A stretch of DNA of 64,000 nucleotides from Deltaproteobacteria bacterium (GCA_040218735.1 JAVJQW010000067.1:32001-96000), one strand, 5' to 3'; positions 44,494 through 54,889 are shown, counted from the stretch's first letter. The notes: a model not told the origin generated them from the letters alone. Made by a program: numbers and translations.

Positions 44494-47445
44494 GTGGCCA
44501 AGAAGAAGAAGAGCGACAAGGCCGACCCGTCGCAGACGCCCGAAGGCACGGCCGCGCCGGCCGAGGCCGACGCCGATCTGGATCCGATCTGCGAGACCTC
44601 CCTCGAACGCTTCATGACGTTCGGCGCGATCCTCACCGTCGGGCTGGTGGCGATGCTCTTCCTGCTGGTCGTCAACCGAGTCTTCGACGTCCCGAAGGCC
44701 GTCGCCCTCAAGGTCGGCGGCGGCGGACTCCTGTTGGTCTGGCTCCTCGTCGGCCTCTTCGGCCGCGGGTTCGCGTGGACCAGCGTGCGGGTGTTCCTCG
44801 CCCCGGTCATCGCGCTCGCCGCGGCGGTGACGCTCTCGACCCTCTTCTCCCTGGACGTCGCGACCAGCGTCTACGGCGTCTACGAACGGCAGTTCGGCCT
44901 GCAGGGCTTCCTCGGCTGCGTCGGTCTCTTCATCGTGACCGCCACGTGCCTGAGGAGCAAACGCGGCGCCGTATTCGGCCTCGCGTGCCTCGCGATGTTC
45001 GGCGGCGCGATCGGCACCTACGCCCTCCTCCAGGCCACCGGGCACGACCCCTACCCGTTCTTCCCGAAGCCCCACAACAAGGTCTACGCCTACCTCGGCA
45101 ACGCGACCTTCGCGGGCAACGCCCTCGCCCTCATCGCGCCGATCTCCACGCTCGTCGCGATCGTCGCGGCCGTGAAGACGATCCGCACCGGCAAGGCCGA
45201 CGAGGACGTCGGCACCAGCATCGTCGGCGTGGTCCTCGCCTCCACCGCCGTCATCCTCGCCCTACAGATCGCCCCGGCCTGGTTCGCGGAGGGCAAGGCG
45301 GGGGTGTCCGAGGCGACGCAGCAGTCCTACTTCAAGTTCGGCGTCGCAGCGTCCTTCGCGCTGACGCTCCTCTTCGGCGCGCTCGGGAGCTGGGGCCCGA
45401 AGTCGATGCGCATGGCTACCGCGTCCACCCGGCACATGCTGGACGGAGCCGCGGCCGGCGCGCTCATCGCCGCCGCGATCGGGATCGGTATGGGGCTATT
45501 GTTCACGCGCACGCGCGGCGCGTGGGTCGGCACGACCTGCGCCGTCGTCGGCGGCCTCGTGCTCCTCCCCGGTCTATTCAAACGAACGCGCTTCTACGGC
45601 GCCGTGCGCGGTGCGTGCTGGGGCTCGCTCGCGTTCGCGACGATCTTCATGACCACCTACGTGCTGAAGGCGGAGTCGTTCTGCTCCGACCCCAAGTCTC
45701 GGTGCATGCTCATCGCCAACACGATTCGCTCGATCCCCGCCGCGTTCGATCCGAACCGCACCGACTTCGGCAAGGGCCAGGGGACCCGGCGCTATCTGTG
45801 GATGGAGAGCCCGCGTGTCCTCGTCGATAACGCCGACACCCTCGACCGCATCTTCGACGACGAGGCCTACGCCGCGCAGTTCGCGCCGGCGATGGAGGCC
45901 CTCGACATGGACCTCGACCTCCCGAAGGCCCCCAGCGAGGAGGACCGCGCGTCCGAGAAGACGTGGCGCAGCATCCTCGTGTGGCCGTTCGGGATCGGCA
46001 TCGAGACCTACCGCTACGCCTTCATGAGCCACAAGTCGAAGCGCCTCGAAGCGCTCGACCCGATGACGAACCACGACAACCCGCACAACAACTACCTGTA
46101 CGTGCTGGCCTCGTTCGGCATCGTCGGCCTCGCCGCGTACCTGTGGGTGCTCTACCGGCTCCTCACCGTGAGCTTCTCGCGCTTCTGGCGCACGCCGCGC
46201 CGCGCGCTGGTCGAGACCGGCAGCGGTCACGAGCCCGACCTCGTGACGAAGTGGACCTTCGAGGAGTCGGCCGACCCGCCGCGCCTCGTCCTCGAGACGG
46301 CCGACCCCAAGCGCATCAAGGCGTCGCTGGAGGCGGCCAACATCGACGCTTCGTTCCGCATCGAAAACGACAAGCTCGTCGTCACCAAGTTCGACGCAAA
46401 GACGAGCCTCGACGCGATCGCCAACGCGCCGATCGAGGGGGAGCCGACGATCGCCGACCGCGCGATCGCGTTCGGCGTCGTGACCTCGTTCTTCAGCTAC
46501 TCGGTGTACTCCATCGCGGGGTTCGACTCGGTGGCGTGCTCGGTGTTCCTGTACTTCCTCCTCGGCTGCGCGGCGGTGTTCTTCGAGCCGAGCGTCGGGG
46601 AGCGCATCCGCCCGATCGGCGTGAACATCAAACGCCAGTGGGCGACCTTCCGCGGTCGTGATCCGGACGAGGTCGACAACACCTCCCCCATCCCGCTGTC
46701 CGTCGCGCTCGCGTTGATCGGTGTGCTCCTCCTCGGCCCCTTCCCGGGCGGCGCCATCCAGGGCGCGAAGATGACCTGGGACGCCGAGGTCGCGTTCGTC
46801 AACGCTCGGCGCGCCTCGCGCGACGGCATCAAGGCCAAGCTCGACGCCCTCGCGGAGGCCGTGCGCATCCACCCCTACGAGAGCTACTACAAGCAGGAGC
46901 TCGGACGCTCCTACGCCGAGGCCGCGCGTGCGTACGTGCGGCAGTCGATGGCCCTCGCCCGCAAGGGGAAGAACGAGGAGGCCCGGGCTTTCCGTCAGCA
47001 GGGGGAGACGTTCGCGCGCAACGCGACCGCGATCCTGTACGCCGCCCTCGACCACGCCTGGGCGCCCGAGAACATCTTCATCACCGCGTTCCAGATGCAC
47101 TACGCGATCGGCGAAGTGCAGCAGGCCGAAGCCGCGCTGGAGCGCGCGCTCGTGCACAGCCCCCACCTCGGCGCGGTCCGCGGTAACCTCGCGGTGCTGA
47201 AGGTCGAGCGCGGCGCGTTCGAAGAGGCGAAGAAGGACGCCGAGTGGGTCCTGGAGGTCGATCCGCGCAGCGCGATCGCGCACCGGGTGATGGGCCAGTA
47301 CTACACCGAGAAGAAGGACTGGAAGAAGGCCAAGGCGCACCTCGACAAAGCCAAACGCTACGGTCGCGGCGACCGCGCCATCGACCGCGCGATTCAGCTC
47401 TACGAGCAGGCCAAGAAGGCCGCCGAGACCTCCACCACGGGCTGA
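44494..47445 (+). CDS. O-antigen ligase/oligosaccharyltransferase-like (Wzy_C) membrane protein with C-terminal TPRs
   Basis: Many TM helices; LGNATF, TRTRGAWVG, R.YLW, PFGIGIETY, NPHNNYL...GIVGL; TPR tail; GTG start at 44494. Confidence 0.8.
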   Translation: MAKKKKSDKADPSQTPEGTAAPAEADADLDPICETSLERFMTFGAILTVGLVAMLFLLVVNRVFDVPKAVALKVGGGGLLLVWLLVGLFGRGFAWTSVRVFLAPVIALAAAVTLSTLFSLDVATSVYGVYERQFGLQGFLGCVGLFIVTATCLRSKRGAVFGLACLAMFGGAIGTYALLQATGHDPYPFFPKPHNKVYAYLGNATFAGNALALIAPISTLVAIVAAVKTIRTGKADEDVGTSIVGVVLASTAVILALQIAPAWFAEGKAGVSEATQQSYFKFGVAASFALTLLFGALGSWGPKSMRMATASTRHMLDGAAAGALIAAAIGIGMGLLFTRTRGAWVGTTCAVVGGLVLLPGLFKRTRFYGAVRGACWGSLAFATIFMTTYVLKAESFCSDPKSRCMLIANTIRSIPAAFDPNRTDFGKGQGTRRYLWMESPRVLVDNADTLDRIFDDEAYAAQFAPAMEALDMDLDLPKAPSEEDRASEKTWRSILVWPFGIGIETYRYAFMSHKSKRLEALDPMTNHDNPHNNYLYVLASFGIVGLAAYLWVLYRLLTVSFSRFWRTPRRALVETGSGHEPDLVTKWTFEESADPPRLVLETADPKRIKASLEAANIDASFRIENDKLVVTKFDAKTSLDAIANAPIEGEPTIADRAIAFGVVTSFFSYSVYSIAGFDSVACSVFLYFLLGCAAVFFEPSVGERIRPIGVNIKRQWATFRGRDPDEVDNTSPIPLSVALALIGVLLLGPFPGGAIQGAKMTWDAEVAFVNARRASRDGIKAKLDALAEAVRIHPYESYYKQELGRSYAEAARAYVRQSMALARKGKNEEARAFRQQGETFARNATAILYAALDHAWAPENIFITAFQMHYAIGEVQQAEAALERALVHSPHLGAVRGNLAVLKVERGAFEEAKKDAEWVLEVDPRSAIAHRVMGQYYTEKKDWKKAKAHLDKAKRYGRGDRAIDRAIQLYEQAKKAAETSTTG

Positions 47446-47449
47446 GGCG

Positions 47450-48655
47450 TCAGTCCGCCGTCCCGGGGCCGAGGGACGGCGTCGCCTGCTGCCCCGACAC
47501 CGAAGAGACGAACCGCACCTGGCCGCTCTTCAGCTCGACGACCACCGCGCGCCCGTCGACGTCACCGCGATCGTCGAACCCCAGTGAGCCGGTGACCCCG
47601 TCGACGGCGGGGCCGGATCGCAGCGCTTCGTGGATCCGCTCGCGGTCGTCGGATCCGGCGCGACCGATCGCGAGCAGCGCGACACGCGCGGCGTCGTACC
47701 CCAGCGCGGAGAGTGCGTTCGGCGCCTCGTTCATCTTTGCGACGAACCGCTCCGAGAACGCGGTCACCGTGGCGCGTGGCTCGTCGGAGGCGAAGTGTGT
47801 GGTGAACCGCGCCCCCTCCAGCGCGTCGCTCGCGCGCCGGACTTCTTCGGTGTCCCAGCCGTCCGCGCCGAGGAAGCGCCCCTCGAACCCGAGCGCCCGC
47901 GCGGTGCGGACGATGCGCAGCACCTCGCGCTCGTAGCCGGGGATGTAGATGGCCTCGGGGTCCGGCGCGAGCAGATCCTGGAGCATGGGCCGCACGTCTT
48001 CGTCGCGCGCTTCGAACGTGGCGCTCGCGACGACCTCGCCGCCGCGCGCCTCGAAGGTCTTCGTCATCGCGTCCGCGAGCCGTACGGAGTACGTGCTCCC
48101 GACGTCGCGGAGCACCGCGATGCGTTTCAGCTTCAGGCTGTCGCGCGCGTGCAGGGCCATCGCGGTGCCCTGAAACGGATCCGTGAAGCAGATCCTGAAC
48201 ACGTAGCTACCGGACGCCGTGAGCTCGCGCGCGGTCGCCGACGGGCTGATCATCGGCGTCTTCGCGCGCTCGGCGACCGCTGCTATCCCCATCGCGGAGT
48301 CCGACGAGACGCCACCGATCAACAGCTTCGCGCCGTGCTGGACGATCGCGTCTTCGGCGGCCTTCTTCGCGCGGTCCTTGTTGCCGCGCGCGTCGACGTA
48401 ACGAACGCGCACCGGCTTGCCGAGGACGCCGCCGCTGTCGTTCGCCTCCAGCACCGCGAGGTCGATCCCGGACTTCACCGCGACGCCGTAGCTCGCGCGC
48501 GGGCCGGTGAGCGGGAGGACGGCGCCGATGACCACGCCCTCGTCGCGCGCGCGCTTCACGAGGTGCTTCCGCCCGTCGGCCGGGCAGCCGAGCAGTCCGA
48601 GGCTCACGGCGAGGGCCGCGAGCGACGCGAGGGGCGCGGCGGGGGAGCGGCTCAA
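47450..48655 (-). CDS. LivJ/LivK-type ABC substrate-binding lipoprotein (no permease nearby)
   Basis: IGAVLPLTG, N.SGGVLGK, MISPSAT, FRICFTDPFQG, GADGWD, GYDA; TTG start overlaps the upstream stop. Confidence 0.88.
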   Translation of the reverse strand: MSRSPAAPLASLAALAVSLGLLGCPADGRKHLVKRARDEGVVIGAVLPLTGPRASYGVAVKSGIDLAVLEANDSGGVLGKPVRVRYVDARGNKDRAKKAAEDAIVQHGAKLLIGGVSSDSAMGIAAVAERAKTPMISPSATARELTASGSYVFRICFTDPFQGTAMALHARDSLKLKRIAVLRDVGSTYSVRLADAMTKTFEARGGEVVASATFEARDEDVRPMLQDLLAPDPEAIYIPGYEREVLRIVRTARALGFEGRFLGADGWDTEEVRRASDALEGARFTTHFASDEPRATVTAFSERFVAKMNEAPNALSALGYDAARVALLAIGRAGSDDRERIHEALRSGPAVDGVTGSLGFDDRGDVDGRAVVVELKSGQVRFVSSVSGQQATPSLGPGTAD

Positions 48656-50520
48656 GAGATCAGCGTTCCGACGACCCACAGGATCAACACCATCAGCACG
48701 AACAGCCCGAGCGCGACCTTCCACATCGTCGGCATCCCGCCCTCGTCCTTCTCGGCGTCGGCCTTCTTGAAGGCGTAGAACCCGAGGATGGTGCCGACCT
48801 GGTTGAGGTACTTCTGGATGCGCTCGTCTTCGGGGTTGGCGTTCTTCAGCTCGCGATAGCAGCGGACCGCGAACTCGATCTGCTTGGCCTCCAGGCACGA
48901 CTTGATGAAGACCTGGTGCGCCTCGTCGTCGTCGAGGCGGCCGCGGACCTGCGTCCAGTGCTCCTGCAGCGAGCGGTTGCCCTCGAGGCTGTCGCCGCGG
49001 GGCGGAGCGACGAGCGCGCGTATCAACACCTGCGCGATCGCGGGGGTCGTGATGTCGCGCGCCTCATCGACGAAGAGGCGGATGGGATCCACGTCCAGCT
49101 CTTGCAACTTGAGTTGCAGAGACGAAGTGCTCCCCTCGACGCCGACCACCCGTCCGGGCACCTCGACCTCGCGCCCCTGCGTCGTCGTGAAACGCGCCGA
49201 GACCTTCGTCCCGAGCGCGAGCGGCTCACGGCTGTCGAGCACGACCTCGCCGTCGTAGGACATGGCGCGGATGCGGCCGCGCGTGACCTGGCCTTCGCCG
49301 AGCGTCACCTGGGCGCGGACCATGTTGACGTTGAGGTCGAAGCGGCCCTTCGCGACGACGGCGTCACGCGCGATCTCCGCGTCCTCGCGCGCCTCTTCGA
49401 TCGCGAGGACCAGCTGCTCCATCTCGAACGGCTTCTCGATCGAAGCGCGCACCTGCGCGCGCGTATCGAGGGTCTCGATCGCGAGCGGAATCCCGCAGAG
49501 CGTCACGATCGGGCCCGCGAACCGCTCGAGCGGCGCGAGGGCTTCCTGCCCTCCATCGCGATGCGCCTGACCGTCGGCGATCTCCAGGACGGCGGCATCG
49601 AACGGCTGCTGATCGATCGCCGCGAGCATGCCTTCCACGTCCACGACGCGGCAGGTGTACCCGCGCTCCATCAGCTTCGCTGCGGTCTGCGCGGCGACGC
49701 GCAGGTCCGGCGCCGCGACGAGCAGGCTGCACGGCAGACGAATCTCTCGGGTCGCGGTGGCGGACGCCTCGTCGATCGGGAGCGCGTGGATCCCGTGCGC
49801 CTGCAGCGAGGTGTACTCGGTCGACGACGGCTCGGTCGGGCCGAGCCCCGTCGGCAGGGGCACCCGGCGCGCGCGCTGCGCGCCCTCCCCCGGCGTAGGG
49901 AGGGTCGGTGACACGGGGGCTTCGGCGCCCGCTCCGGGCGTCGGCATCGCCAGCCCGACCGGCGGCACAGCCTGCCCGCCCGGCGCCGGTATCTCGGGGT
50001 ACGACGGCGCCGGTTCCGCCCCGCTCGGCGCCGGCATGCGCGGATAGGAGGGCGCCGCCTCCGCCCCGCTCGGCGCCGGCATGCGCGGGTAAGACGGCGC
50101 GGACGCTTCACCGCTCGGCGGCGACGTTCGGGCGGGCGGCTCCGCGGGCGTCGGGAGGCGTGGGAAGGACGGCTCGGGTGAAGGCGTCCACGTGTTGGGC
50201 GTCGGGGACGCAGGCTCACCGACCGGCGAGCGGTCCAGGCTCGGCATCGTGTCGGCCGGCGGCGGGATGCTCGGCGCGCGCGGCGCCTCGGCCGGATCCA
50301 CGATCGCGCGCGGCACCGGCGAGAAGGGGTCGAGGTCGATGCGCTCCGTCGGGAGGCCCGGCTCGGACGAGGGCCGCGATGAGAACGCGCTGGGATCGAG
50401 CGGCGCCTCACCCTCCGGCGAGCTCGCCGACTCGACCTCCGTGCGCAGGTCTCCCTCCGCCGACAGGATCAGGTCCGCCGCCAACTTGGACGGACCGCCT
50501 TGCTTGTTCTGCTCGCTCAT
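48652..50520 (-). CDS. Pro-rich protein with pseudo-receiver and PilZ-like domains and a C-terminal TM helix
   Basis: REC-like LLVAAPD...GY...FDAAVLE...KPF; PilZ-like GRIRAMSYDG...L.LGTKV...GRVV; terminal hydrophobic helix. Confidence 0.6.
   Translation of the reverse strand: MSEQNKQGGPSKLAADLILSAEGDLRTEVESASSPEGEAPLDPSAFSSRPSSEPGLPTERIDLDPFSPVPRAIVDPAEAPRAPSIPPPADTMPSLDRSPVGEPASPTPNTWTPSPEPSFPRLPTPAEPPARTSPPSGEASAPSYPRMPAPSGAEAAPSYPRMPAPSGAEPAPSYPEIPAPGGQAVPPVGLAMPTPGAGAEAPVSPTLPTPGEGAQRARRVPLPTGLGPTEPSSTEYTSLQAHGIHALPIDEASATATREIRLPCSLLVAAPDLRVAAQTAAKLMERGYTCRVVDVEGMLAAIDQQPFDAAVLEIADGQAHRDGGQEALAPLERFAGPIVTLCGIPLAIETLDTRAQVRASIEKPFEMEQLVLAIEEAREDAEIARDAVVAKGRFDLNVNMVRAQVTLGEGQVTRGRIRAMSYDGEVVLDSREPLALGTKVSARFTTTQGREVEVPGRVVGVEGSTSSLQLKLQELDVDPIRLFVDEARDITTPAIAQVLIRALVAPPRGDSLEGNRSLQEHWTQVRGRLDDDEAHQVFIKSCLEAKQIEFAVRCYRELKNANPEDERIQKYLNQVGTILGFYAFKKADAEKDEGGMPTMWKVALGLFVLMVLILWVVGTLIS
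49978..50120 (-). repeat. Coding repeat, about 3 x 45 bp (APSYPRMPAPSGAE)
   Basis: ccgctcggcg recurs at 50021, 50066 and 50111. Confidence 0.8.
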
Positions 50521-50568
50521 CGCGAACGCGTCCGACGTCCCCCGCCCGCGGGGGGCACCGGCCAGAGG

Positions 50569-50781
50569 TTACTCCATCACGGCGATGATATCGCCCTCCG
50601 AGATGGGCTGACCTTCTTCGACCTTGATCTCCTTGATGGTGCCGTCGTCGTCGGCCTCCACCGGCATCTCCATCTTCATCGACTCGAGGATCGCGATCGT
50701 GTCGCCCTCCTCGACCTCGTCGCCGACCTTCACCTCGATCTTCCAGACCGTGCCCGTGATGTGCGCCTTGACCTCTGCCAT
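50569..50781 (-). CDS. Stand-alone biotin carboxyl carrier domain protein
   Basis: GTVWKI...ILESMKMEMPV biotinylation motif; 70 aa. Confidence 0.9.
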   Translation of the reverse strand: MAEVKAHITGTVWKIEVKVGDEVEEGDTIAILESMKMEMPVEADDDGTIKEIKVEEGQPISEGDIIAVME

Positions 50782-50861
50782 CGGTGCTTTCAGCCTTTCC
50801 GCCTCATCGGACTCGACGTCAAGGGTGATCGAGGCTATGCGTTGGGAGCCCCTACGACACG

Positions 50862-52721
50862 ATGGGAGTCTTCTCCACCTGCGCCCTCGCGCTCGCCCTC
50901 GTCACCCAGACCCCGGTGCCGGATGTCCCCTTCGAGGGGGGCTTCCCGGTCACGCGCTCCGATCGCATCTTCGAGCTGACGGACGTCGAGCGCGGGATGC
51001 GCGGCGTGGGATACACCGTATTCGCGGCCGACGTCCCCGAGCGCTTCGAGTTCGAGGTCCTCGGCATCATGCAATCGATGCTCGGACCGGGCCGCGACGT
51101 CATCCTGGTCAAGCTGATCGGCGAGAAGATCGAGTTCACCGGGGTCATCTCCGGCATGAGCGGCAGCCCGACCTACCTCGACGGCAAGCTGCTCGGCGCC
51201 GTCGCGTACCGGTTCGGCGCCTTCTCGCGCGAGCCGATCGCCGGCATCACCCCGATCCGGAGCATGCTCGACATCGACCAGGGCAAGGAGGTCGGCCCGA
51301 TGGCCCGCCTCGGTGGCCTGCCGCTGCACCGCACGGTCGAGGTCTCCGACTTCCGCGCACGGGACCTCCCGCCCATACCCTTGCCGGACCGACCCGCGAC
51401 CGCCACGCGTGACCTCGTCCCCATTGCGGCCCCGCTGTCGATCTCCGGCCTCGACCCGGACAACGCTCAGGCCCTCGCGACGCGCCTCGAAGGCGCCGGG
51501 TTCGTGACCATCGCGGGCGCGGGCGCCCCCGTGGGCGGCGTCCAGGACAACGGCCCGGCGATGGCCGGCGCGGTGAAGGCGGCGCCGATCGCGCCCGCCT
51601 CACCGATCGCCGCGCTGCTCGTGCGCGGGGACATCAACCTCGCCGCCGTCGGCACGGTGACGATGGTCGAGAAGAACCGCGTCTACGGGTTCGGACACCC
51701 GTTCATGGGCTACGGCCACGTCGCGTTCCCGATGGCGACGGCGGCGGTGATCAACACCCTCGCCTCCCCGGCCGGCTCCTACAAACAGGCTGCGCCGGCC
51801 CGCACGGTCGGTTCGATCTCCCACGATCGGCTCACGGCGATCGCGGGCAACCTCGGCGACGAGGCCCCGATGATCCCGGTGCGGGTCCTCGTCCAGGACG
51901 CGCGCAAGTCCCGCGCGACGCCCGGGTTCGAGTCCAACTTCGAAGTCGTGGACAGCCCGATCTGGTTGCCGGTCATGCTCGACAACGTCGTCGCCTCCGC
52001 CGGCGGTCGTCGGCTCGGGTACGAGGCGGGCGGCACCGTCGACTACGAGGCGCACTACCAGATCGGCGAGTACACGCTGTCGATCGAGGACACGATCTCC
52101 GCGCCTTCGCCGCTCCGGGTCACGTCGTTCGCGTCGCGCGACGTCGCGACGCTCGCGACGATCATCGAGCGCAACGACTTCGAGGGGCCGAAGATCACGA
52201 AGATCGACGTCCGGATGCGCACGCGCCCCGACGTGCTCCTGGAGGAGATCGTCGCGGTGACGCCGAGTGAGCTCGACGCGAAGCCCGGCGAGACGGTCCG
52301 CGTGGTCGCCGAGCTGCGTCCGTTCCGGAAGAAGACCGAGAAGGTCGCGCTGGAGATCACCGTGCCGAAGGACGCCTCCGGGACGATCGATCTCTACGTC
52401 GGCGGTGGCCTCGAGCTCGACCGTCGCGACGGCAACGCGCGCGGACCGATCACCCCCGAGTCGCTGGAGGACCTGCTGGGTCTGCTCGCGAACCGGCGCC
52501 CGGCGCGGGCGCTCTACGCACGAATCTACGAGCCGGCCCTCGGTTACCGCGACGGCACGGCGTTGTATCTGGACCTGCCGGTCTCGCAGCGTGCGGCGCT
52601 CGCCGCGGAGCTGAAGTCCGGCCAGGGCAAGACCGAGGAGACGATGGGCCCCGAAGTACACATCACTCGCCCCTACGTGGTGACGGGCGGACGTTCGGTG
52701 AAGGTGACGGTGCGGCGATGA
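50862..52721 (+). CDS. SpoIVB-like peptidase S55 domain protein, secreted
   Basis: GMRGVGYTVF, GVISGMSGSP, GKLLGAVAY, FGHPF. Confidence 0.85.
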   Translation: MGVFSTCALALALVTQTPVPDVPFEGGFPVTRSDRIFELTDVERGMRGVGYTVFAADVPERFEFEVLGIMQSMLGPGRDVILVKLIGEKIEFTGVISGMSGSPTYLDGKLLGAVAYRFGAFSREPIAGITPIRSMLDIDQGKEVGPMARLGGLPLHRTVEVSDFRARDLPPIPLPDRPATATRDLVPIAAPLSISGLDPDNAQALATRLEGAGFVTIAGAGAPVGGVQDNGPAMAGAVKAAPIAPASPIAALLVRGDINLAAVGTVTMVEKNRVYGFGHPFMGYGHVAFPMATAAVINTLASPAGSYKQAAPARTVGSISHDRLTAIAGNLGDEAPMIPVRVLVQDARKSRATPGFESNFEVVDSPIWLPVMLDNVVASAGGRRLGYEAGGTVDYEAHYQIGEYTLSIEDTISAPSPLRVTSFASRDVATLATIIERNDFEGPKITKIDVRMRTRPDVLLEEIVAVTPSELDAKPGETVRVVAELRPFRKKTEKVALEITVPKDASGTIDLYVGGGLELDRRDGNARGPITPESLEDLLGLLANRRPARALYARIYEPALGYRDGTALYLDLPVSQRAALAAELKSGQGKTEETMGPEVHITRPYVVTGGRSVKVTVRR

Positions 52722-54889
52722 GCCGATGGATTGCGATGGTGGCGGGCCTGCTCGTGGCCGGCACGGCGTACGCCGAGCCGACGCTCGAGCTGAGCGTGAG
52801 CGGGCCGAAGGAAGTGTTCGAGGGCGACCCGGCGTCGACGAGCCTCGACGCGCAGGGGCAGATCCACATGGGCCCCACGCTCGTCGATCTCACGAAGGGC
52901 ACGGACCACCCGATCGTCACGATGCACCCCGGCGCCAGCGGCGGCGCCTACGCCGGGACCGCCGGTGGCGGACTGCTGTCCGTGAGCGCGGGTGGCAAGG
53001 TGACGACGCTGTTCGAAGCGTCGAAGGAGAGCGTCTCGGCGATCGCGGTGCTCGGTCGCAAGATCTACGCGGCGACGATCCCCGACGGGAGCATCGTGCG
53101 CGTGGACGGCGGCAAGAAGACCACGCCGGTTCTGAAGTCGGAGGCGAAATACGTCTGGGCGCTGCACCCCGACGGCAAGGATCTGATCGCGGCGACCGGT
53201 GATCCCGGGCAGGTGCTCCGCGTGCGGATGAACGGCACGACGGAGGTGCTGTTCGACCCCGACGAAAAACATGTGCGCGCGCTGGTGAACCACGACAAAC
53301 GCGGGTGGATCGCGGGCGGCGGCGACAAGGGCATCGTCTACCAGCTCACGAAGGACAAGAAGGCGGTCGCGCTCTACGACTCGACGATGGAGGAGGTCAC
53401 GGCGTTCGCGGTGGACCCGAAGTCGGGGGACCTGTTTGCGTCGTTCGTCAGCGAGTCGAAGGCGGGGACGCTCCTGCCGAACCAGTGGATCGGCCCCGTG
53501 AAGGGCGACACGAGCGACGACAGCTCGCCGATCAAGGGCAGTGAGATCGTCCGCATCTCGAGCGACGGACACGTCGAGAAGCTGTGGTCGTCGAAGACCG
53601 AGGGCGCGATGGACCTGCACTTCGACGCGAAGGCTCAGCGGCTGGTGTTCGTCACCGCCGCGTCGAAGAAGGGGCGCGCGCGTGTGTACGCGGTCGACAC
53701 CGCGGATCGAAACCGCCTGCTCCTGCTGACGAGCCTGGAGGCGCCGATCGCCACCTCGATCCTCGCGGCGCCGACGGGCGGCGCGTACTTCGTCGGCACC
53801 GCGCCGAGCGGGCAGATCAATCGCGTGGGTCCGGGGCTCCGCACGAAGTCGGAGTACATCTCGAAGGAGCAGGACCTCCGCCGGTCGTCGAAGATCGGTC
53901 GCCTGTGGTTCGACGCCGACGTCCCGAAGGGCGCGAAGGTCACGCTCGCGATTCGCGGCGGCAACACCAAGGAGCACGACGACACGTGGACCGACTGGAC
54001 GGGCGCGGTGACCTCCGCGGACGGCGGGCCTGTCGACCTCCCCCGCACGCGCTACGTGCAGATCCGCGCCGAGCTGTCGGGCGGCACGAACGCGGCGCCC
54101 ATCGTGAAGTCGCTCCACGCGTCGGTGGTGCGCCAGAACATCGCGCCGAAGGTGACCGAGGTCTTCATGCTCCGCCGCGGGGTCTACATGGCGTCGCTGC
54201 CGAAGGAGGACGACAAGGAGAAGACCGTCACGCTGTCGAGCAACGTCATCCGCGATCTTCGAAAGCCCGAGCGCAACAACGATCGTACGCGCGCGCGCCA
54301 GGGATCGCGGCCGGGGATGATGACCGTGGCGTGGACGTCGACGGACCCGAACAGCGACGACCTCCTCTACCGTGTCGAGATGACGCGGCTCGATCCCCCG
54401 GCGATGGACTGGAACACGGTCGCGGACGGGCTGACGGATCAGTACTGGTCGTTCGACTCGCGCGCCTACCCGGACGGGCGCTACCGGTTCCGCGTCACGG
54501 CGTCGGACCGCCCTGCGAACCCGCCGGACGCGGCGCTGACGGATCGGTTCGAGTCGGAGCCGTTCGTCGTCGACAACGGCGCGCCGAAGATCCGCAAGGT
54601 CGCCGCGCGCAGCACCCGCGCCGGGCGCGTTCGCATCGAAGCGGTCGCCGAGGACGACACGTCCGCGATCGGCGTGGCAGAGTTCGCGGTGGGCGGCGGG
54701 CCCTGGCTCATGCTCCCCGCGAAGGACGGCCTCGTGGACGCGAAGTCGGAGGCGCTGGAGGTGGACGTGACGGACTCCGACGAGGTCGGCGCGGTGAAGC
54801 TCGGTAAGGGCAAGCGGACGGTCCTCATCCGCGTCGAAGACGACGCCGGAAACGAAGCGACCGCGTCGACGACGGTAGACGTCCGCTGA
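52718..54889 (+). CDS. Secreted beta-propeller plus FN3/Ig-like protein coupled to the S55 peptidase
   Basis: Signal peptide; repeated propeller blades (Y.GT, YVWAL, ATGDPG); W...DPN.D.L.Y, DSRAYPDGRYRFRVTASD, VDNGAP; ATGA overlap. Confidence 0.75.
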   Translation: MSRWIAMVAGLLVAGTAYAEPTLELSVSGPKEVFEGDPASTSLDAQGQIHMGPTLVDLTKGTDHPIVTMHPGASGGAYAGTAGGGLLSVSAGGKVTTLFEASKESVSAIAVLGRKIYAATIPDGSIVRVDGGKKTTPVLKSEAKYVWALHPDGKDLIAATGDPGQVLRVRMNGTTEVLFDPDEKHVRALVNHDKRGWIAGGGDKGIVYQLTKDKKAVALYDSTMEEVTAFAVDPKSGDLFASFVSESKAGTLLPNQWIGPVKGDTSDDSSPIKGSEIVRISSDGHVEKLWSSKTEGAMDLHFDAKAQRLVFVTAASKKGRARVYAVDTADRNRLLLLTSLEAPIATSILAAPTGGAYFVGTAPSGQINRVGPGLRTKSEYISKEQDLRRSSKIGRLWFDADVPKGAKVTLAIRGGNTKEHDDTWTDWTGAVTSADGGPVDLPRTRYVQIRAELSGGTNAAPIVKSLHASVVRQNIAPKVTEVFMLRRGVYMASLPKEDDKEKTVTLSSNVIRDLRKPERNNDRTRARQGSRPGMMTVAWTSTDPNSDDLLYRVEMTRLDPPAMDWNTVADGLTDQYWSFDSRAYPDGRYRFRVTASDRPANPPDAALTDRFESEPFVVDNGAPKIRKVAARSTRAGRVRIEAVAEDDTSAIGVAEFAVGGGPWLMLPAKDGLVDAKSEALEVDVTDSDEVGAVKLGKGKRTVLIRVEDDAGNEATASTTVDVR

